Part shown: positions 60,485-64,000 of the stretch, one piece after another | How positions within the stretch are numbered: the stretch's first letter is position 1 | Layout of the letters: each line of letters starts with the position of its first letter | DNA from: Alphaproteobacteria bacterium | Lineage (GTDB): Bacteria > Pseudomonadota > Alphaproteobacteria > RF32 > CAG-239 | Direction: 5' to 3' | Length of the DNA stretch: 64,000 bases | Assembly (NCBI GenBank): GCA_045577985.1 | Contig: JAZNJJ010000023.1 | Location: 1,986-65,985, forward strand | Program-made: the position numbers and the translations under genes | The notes under the pieces: model-generated | What the model was told of the DNA's origin: nothing | Seen by the model: the letters and a program-made list of their open reading frames with translations, nothing else | The model's database searches: none

Positions 60485-62850
60485 GATTTTTTCTCCGGTT
60501 TTGCCTCTTCTATAGGTTTTGAAGCTTCAACCTTTTCTTGTCTACCGCCAAAATGTTTGTCTGAACGGCGGAAACGGCGACCATGATTCCCACGATGAAA
60601 ACGTGAGCGACGAGAACTATTCTCTTCTGTTTTTTGTTCCTCATCAAAATCTTCGTCATCTTCATCATATTCTACATTATCAGCTTCATAACATGTTGTT
60701 GCTGTATCCTTTGTAGATGTATTGACGATTTGTAATTTTTCGCGAGAAATCTTGAAATCAGAAACATCTTTCATTGAGCTATCACCAATAATAACAACAC
60801 AGATTCCATATTCATCTTCCAATGCAGTTATTTTCTTACGCTTTTGATTTAAGAGATATGTTGCTGTTTCCATTGGAACTGTAACAATAACTTTCATATC
60901 TTTATTGCGAGCTCCTTCTCCTTCAATTGCGCGTAATATCAATGTTGCTCCAGATTCAATTGTTCTGGTTACTCCATGTCCATGACAATAAGGGCATACC
61001 TCATAGTTACTTTCCATAAATGATGAATGCATTCTTTGACGAGATATTTCCAATAAGCCAAAGATACTCATTTTTGCTATTTGAATACGAGCTCTATCAT
61101 CCTTCATTGCTTCTTTCATACGTTTTTCAACAGCAACATTATTTTGCGGTTCATACATATCAATAAAATCAACAACTATCAAACCTGCTAAATCACGCAT
61201 TTTTAACTGCTTTGCAATTTCATCTGCTGCTTCCAAATTTGTTTTAAGAGCTGTTTCTTCAATATCTTTTTCTTTGGTTGCTCGTCCGGAATTCACATCA
61301 ATAGATACTAAAGCTTCTGTCGGATTAATAACTAAATAACCGCCGGATTCAAGCTGAACAACCGGATTATGAAGCTTATCTAATTGAGCTTCAACTTGAA
61401 AACGTTGAAAAACAGGAACATCTCCAGGTTTTCGACATTTAATATTTTTTAAGTTGTGCGGAGATAATATTTTTACAAAATTGCGAGCTGTCTGATAAGC
61501 TTCATTTCCATCAATTATAACTTCATCTATATCTTTTGTATACATATCTCGCAAAGCACGTTTTATTAAATTACCTTCTTCATAAATAATTGCCGGAGGT
61601 TGATTTTTCAATGCACTATAGCGAATTGCATTCCATGTGCGAATCAGATAATTATAATCTCTGACAATATCTGATTTAGATTTTTCTTCCCCAGCCGTTC
61701 TAACAATTAAAGACATATCCGTATTTAATGGTAATTCTTTAATTATACCTTTTAAACGTTTACGATCATTCACGTTTGTTATTTTACGAGAAACACCACC
61801 GCTTTTGATACGATTAGGCATTAAAACACAGTATCTGCCGGCAAGAGAAATATATGTTGTACAAGCAGCTCCTTTATTTCCTCTTTCCTCTTTAACTATT
61901 TGTACCAAGAGAGTTTGACCTTCTTTTATAACATCTTGGATTGTACTACGATGGAATAGTTTTCTGGCTCTTAATAACTTACGCTGTAAATCAAAATTAT
62001 ATTCTGTAATTTCTGCATCTTCATCATCTTCATCGTCATCACATTCTTCCTCGAGAGAATCGTTATCCGCATTGATTTCCGCAGCTAATGTTTTGAAAAC
62101 AGATTTTCTACCTCGAGAACGTCGTGTATATTTGCGACGTTTCTGAGTATCTTCTTCGTTTTCAGAAGTATTTTCATCATTCGTTTCAGTTGATGTAGTA
62201 TCTTGAATAATTTCAGAATTTTCTTCAACTTCAATTTCTGCATTTGCAGAAACATTCTCAACGACCTCCTCCTGAGAAGTTTCTGTATTTTCAACAATAT
62301 CTTGTTCGGCAACAACCTCAGTTTCAGAATCATCCTCTTGTTCTTCAATTGCATTTGAAGAATCGGAGATATCTTGATTATTTGGATTTAGATAATCATT
62401 ATTCTCTGGCATTGCGTTTTGAATAGGCTCTAACTGAGACTCTTCAACCTCATTTGCTTGTTCAGCCTCTAACCTACGCTGAGCTTCCTGAGCCTCTTTT
62501 TCAGCCTTATAGCGTGCTTTTTCTGCCTCACGCTCTTTTAAATACTGAATTTTTCCTTCAATAATTTCTTCTACTTCGGCATCAACTTCTTTTAATACCT
62601 CTTCAGAGACATTATAATAATCTGGATGAATTTCATTAAATGCTAAAAAGCCATGTTTGTTACCGCCATAATCAATGAAAGCAGCTTGCAAAGATGGTTC
62701 TATTCTGATAACTTTAGCGCTATAAATATTTCCTTTAATTTGTTTGCGTGATGTTGACTCAAATTCGACATCTTCAACTTTATTTCCGTCTACGATAACT
62801 ACCCGAGTTTCTTCAGGAAGTGTATCATCAATTAACATTCTTTTAGTCAT
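60460..62850 (-). CDS. rne: Ribonuclease E
   Basis: MTKRMLIDDT..NIYSAKVIRIEPSLQAAFIDYGGNKHGFL (S1 domain), VKEERGNKGAACTTYISLAGRYCVLMP, and CPYCHGHG (the Zn link). An acidic insertion of about 220 aa interrupts the S1 domain. Confidence 0.93.
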   Translation of the reverse strand: MTKRMLIDDTLPEETRVVIVDGNKVEDVEFESTSRKQIKGNIYSAKVIRIEPSLQAAFIDYGGNKHGFLAFNEIHPDYYNVSEEVLKEVDAEVEEIIEGKIQYLKEREAEKARYKAEKEAQEAQRRLEAEQANEVEESQLEPIQNAMPENNDYLNPNNQDISDSSNAIEEQEDDSETEVVAEQDIVENTETSQEEVVENVSANAEIEVEENSEIIQDTTSTETNDENTSENEEDTQKRRKYTRRSRGRKSVFKTLAAEINADNDSLEEECDDDEDDEDAEITEYNFDLQRKLLRARKLFHRSTIQDVIKEGQTLLVQIVKEERGNKGAACTTYISLAGRYCVLMPNRIKSGGVSRKITNVNDRKRLKGIIKELPLNTDMSLIVRTAGEEKSKSDIVRDYNYLIRTWNAIRYSALKNQPPAIIYEEGNLIKRALRDMYTKDIDEVIIDGNEAYQTARNFVKILSPHNLKNIKCRKPGDVPVFQRFQVEAQLDKLHNPVVQLESGGYLVINPTEALVSIDVNSGRATKEKDIEETALKTNLEAADEIAKQLKMRDLAGLIVVDFIDMYEPQNNVAVEKRMKEAMKDDRARIQIAKMSIFGLLEISRQRMHSSFMESNYEVCPYCHGHGVTRTIESGATLILRAIEGEGARNKDMKVIVTVPMETATYLLNQKRKKITALEDEYGICVVIIGDSSMKDVSDFKISREKLQIVNTSTKDTATTCYEADNVEYDEDDEDFDEEQKTEENSSRRSRFHRGNHGRRFRRSDKHFGGRQEKVEASKPIEEAKPEKKSWWKKLIG

Positions 62851-63272
62851 AATAACCCCTTACATAGCCCATATTTAAGGCCGTTTACCACGGGTCAGAT
62901 AAATAAAATGATATAATCTAAATAGTATATAAAAACATACACTACGGCATATGGCCGTTTATTAATTATCAGTATTTGTCATCCGGATATCTTCACGCTT
63001 TTTCTTCTTATTTTTTGGAAGATATCGGGAGCTTCTTATCTTAACCCAAACTTTATGTTATTTTTATGGTTAAAAATGTTCGCTGTCTACTGTCAAAAAA
63101 ACTCTCAAATGAAAACAATTTTAACCAATAACCTTCATTAGCATAAAGGATAAAAATAAAAAAACAATATATAATTTCAGAGAAAAGAAAAAAAATATCA
63201 AATCTTAATAGATTGGTAATAAGTAAAACGTATAATTAAACATAATTTGAACATATTTAGCGAGTTTTTTTA
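62851..63272 (-). promoter_or_regulatory. Long untranslated region upstream of rne, containing the promoter and a probably structured leader
   Basis: The gap of about 420 nt contains GC-rich hairpins in an AT-rich background, for example ccggatatcttc (62983-62994) with gaagatatcggg (63018-63029), and acggc-atatg-gccgt at 62944-62958. Confidence 0.35.
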
Positions 63273-64000
63273 ATGCAATGTAAATTTGTATATGAAGTGT
63301 TTTATGCTGTTTGTTTGTTTTTTTTCATGTTACTTAGTAGCATTAGCACAGCTCAGGCTTCTGCTAATATAAAAGAAATGAGAATTGGTAATCAGGCAAA
63401 CGGAACACGCATTGTTTTTGAAATTGATAAAAAAGTTAATTATCGTACATTTTTGTTAGATACTCCTAAAAGACTAGTTGTTGATTTTGATGATGTAAAT
63501 ATCGGAAAAATGTTTACCGGTGCCACGAATCACATTATTGCAAAAACAAGAGTTGGAAAACTTGAAAATAATAGTAAGCGTATTGTTTTTGAATTAGCAC
63601 AAACATCTATCATAAAAAAAGCATTCACTCTTCCTCCGCAAAGTGGAAAACCTTGGAGATTGGTTATTGATGTACAACCTGATTCTGAAAATAGTTTCAA
63701 AAAACATTTAGGTAATAAGCATGCATTTACAAATGACACAGCCTTTCAACCCAAAGACAGTAAAGAAAGTAACAGTTGGTGGGCTTCTTCGGACGTAACT
63801 TCAAACAAAAATACAAAAAGAAAAAAAATTATTGTTTTGGATCCCGGACATGGTGGAAAAGACCCCGGTGCAATTGGTGCTTATGGTAAGACATATGAAA
63901 AAAATATTACTTTAGCTATGGCGAGAGAACTCCGAGCAACATTAAAGAAAAAGGGATATATTGTATATTTAACACGAGATAAAGACGTATTTATTCCTTT
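63273..64000 (+). CDS. amiC: N-acetylmuramoyl-L-alanine amidase (AMIN domain plus Amidase_3). It is partial and continues past the right edge.
   Basis: Manual translation gives a signal peptide, then [43 protein letters not shown] (AMIN), then [29 protein letters not shown] (the start of Amidase_3). Confidence 0.85.
   Translation, partial: MQCKFVYEVFYAVCLFFFMLLSSISTAQASANIKEMRIGNQANGTRIVFEIDKKVNYRTFLLDTPKRLVVDFDDVNIGKMFTGATNHIIAKTRVGKLENNSKRIVFELAQTSIIKKAFTLPPQSGKPWRLVIDVQPDSENSFKKHLGNKHAFTNDTAFQPKDSKESNSWWASSDVTSNKNTKRKKIIVLDPGHGGKDPGAIGAYGKTYEKNITLAMARELRATLKKKGYIVYLTRDKDVFIP

Overview
The window is a visibly AT-rich stretch of bacterial chromosome, roughly one-third G+C by eye. I read it as alphaproteobacterial for five reasons: a ChpT phosphotransferase, TrmFO, a GAAC-N7-GAAC SOS box in front of recA, an EIIA(Man)/NPr regulatory PTS pair, and the gene order gpmI, envC-like, ctpA, rppH. 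About 60 protein genes and 2 tRNAs (Phe-GAA, Gln-CUG) can be supported.

Most of the content is housekeeping: recA, accB/accC, accD, gpmI, ctpA, rppH, ruvC, yebC, ftsH, tsaB, ihfB, cspA, trmFO, chpT, apt, rne and an amiC-like gene. I saw no CRISPR array, transposase, integrase, prophage or recognisable defence system.

The accessory content is:
- Two tandem, translationally coupled giant autotransporters with GGAIYN/FxxN (Pmp-type) repeats, covering 8.3 kb.
- A dispersed type IV pilin-like gene set. It has two about 207-aa paralogues 28 kb apart and a 1244-aa protein with the same unusual prepilin-like N-terminus (G|xxMIExL). The large protein is co-transcribed with a Cys-rich 244-aa anchor protein and lies next to a CPHC thioredoxin-fold lipoprotein. 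No pilus assembly genes are in the window.
- A small tRNA-Gln-associated region with a 3'-end duplication and two tandem paralogous genes of unknown function.

The most interesting non-coding signal lies upstream of the pilin paralogues. Each is preceded by a pair of 34-nt palindromes (ATGTCCG-A6-GGGWTCC-T7-CGGACAT). The two members of a pair are exact reverse complements of each other, sit 105-106 bp apart centre to centre, and bracket an AT-rich spacer. The only base that differs between the two loci changes in a complementary way in both members of each pair. The adjacent coding sequence, in contrast, has diverged heavily at synonymous sites. This fits an invertible or looped promoter cassette, or a mobile promoter-terminator module. 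It cannot be resolved from sequence alone.

Other points of interest:
- An orphan beta-class DNA methyltransferase translationally coupled to the regulatory PTS genes.
- A PAS-only membrane sensor with no kinase core.
- A DEAD-box-like protein with degenerate motifs and only the first helicase domain.
- Two tandem orphan ACPs.
- A pseudo-receiver OmpR-type regulator in an operon with a porin.

Several start codons in the supplied ORF track look over-extended and have been moved. Hairpin and promoter coordinates are hand-derived and may be off by a few nt.
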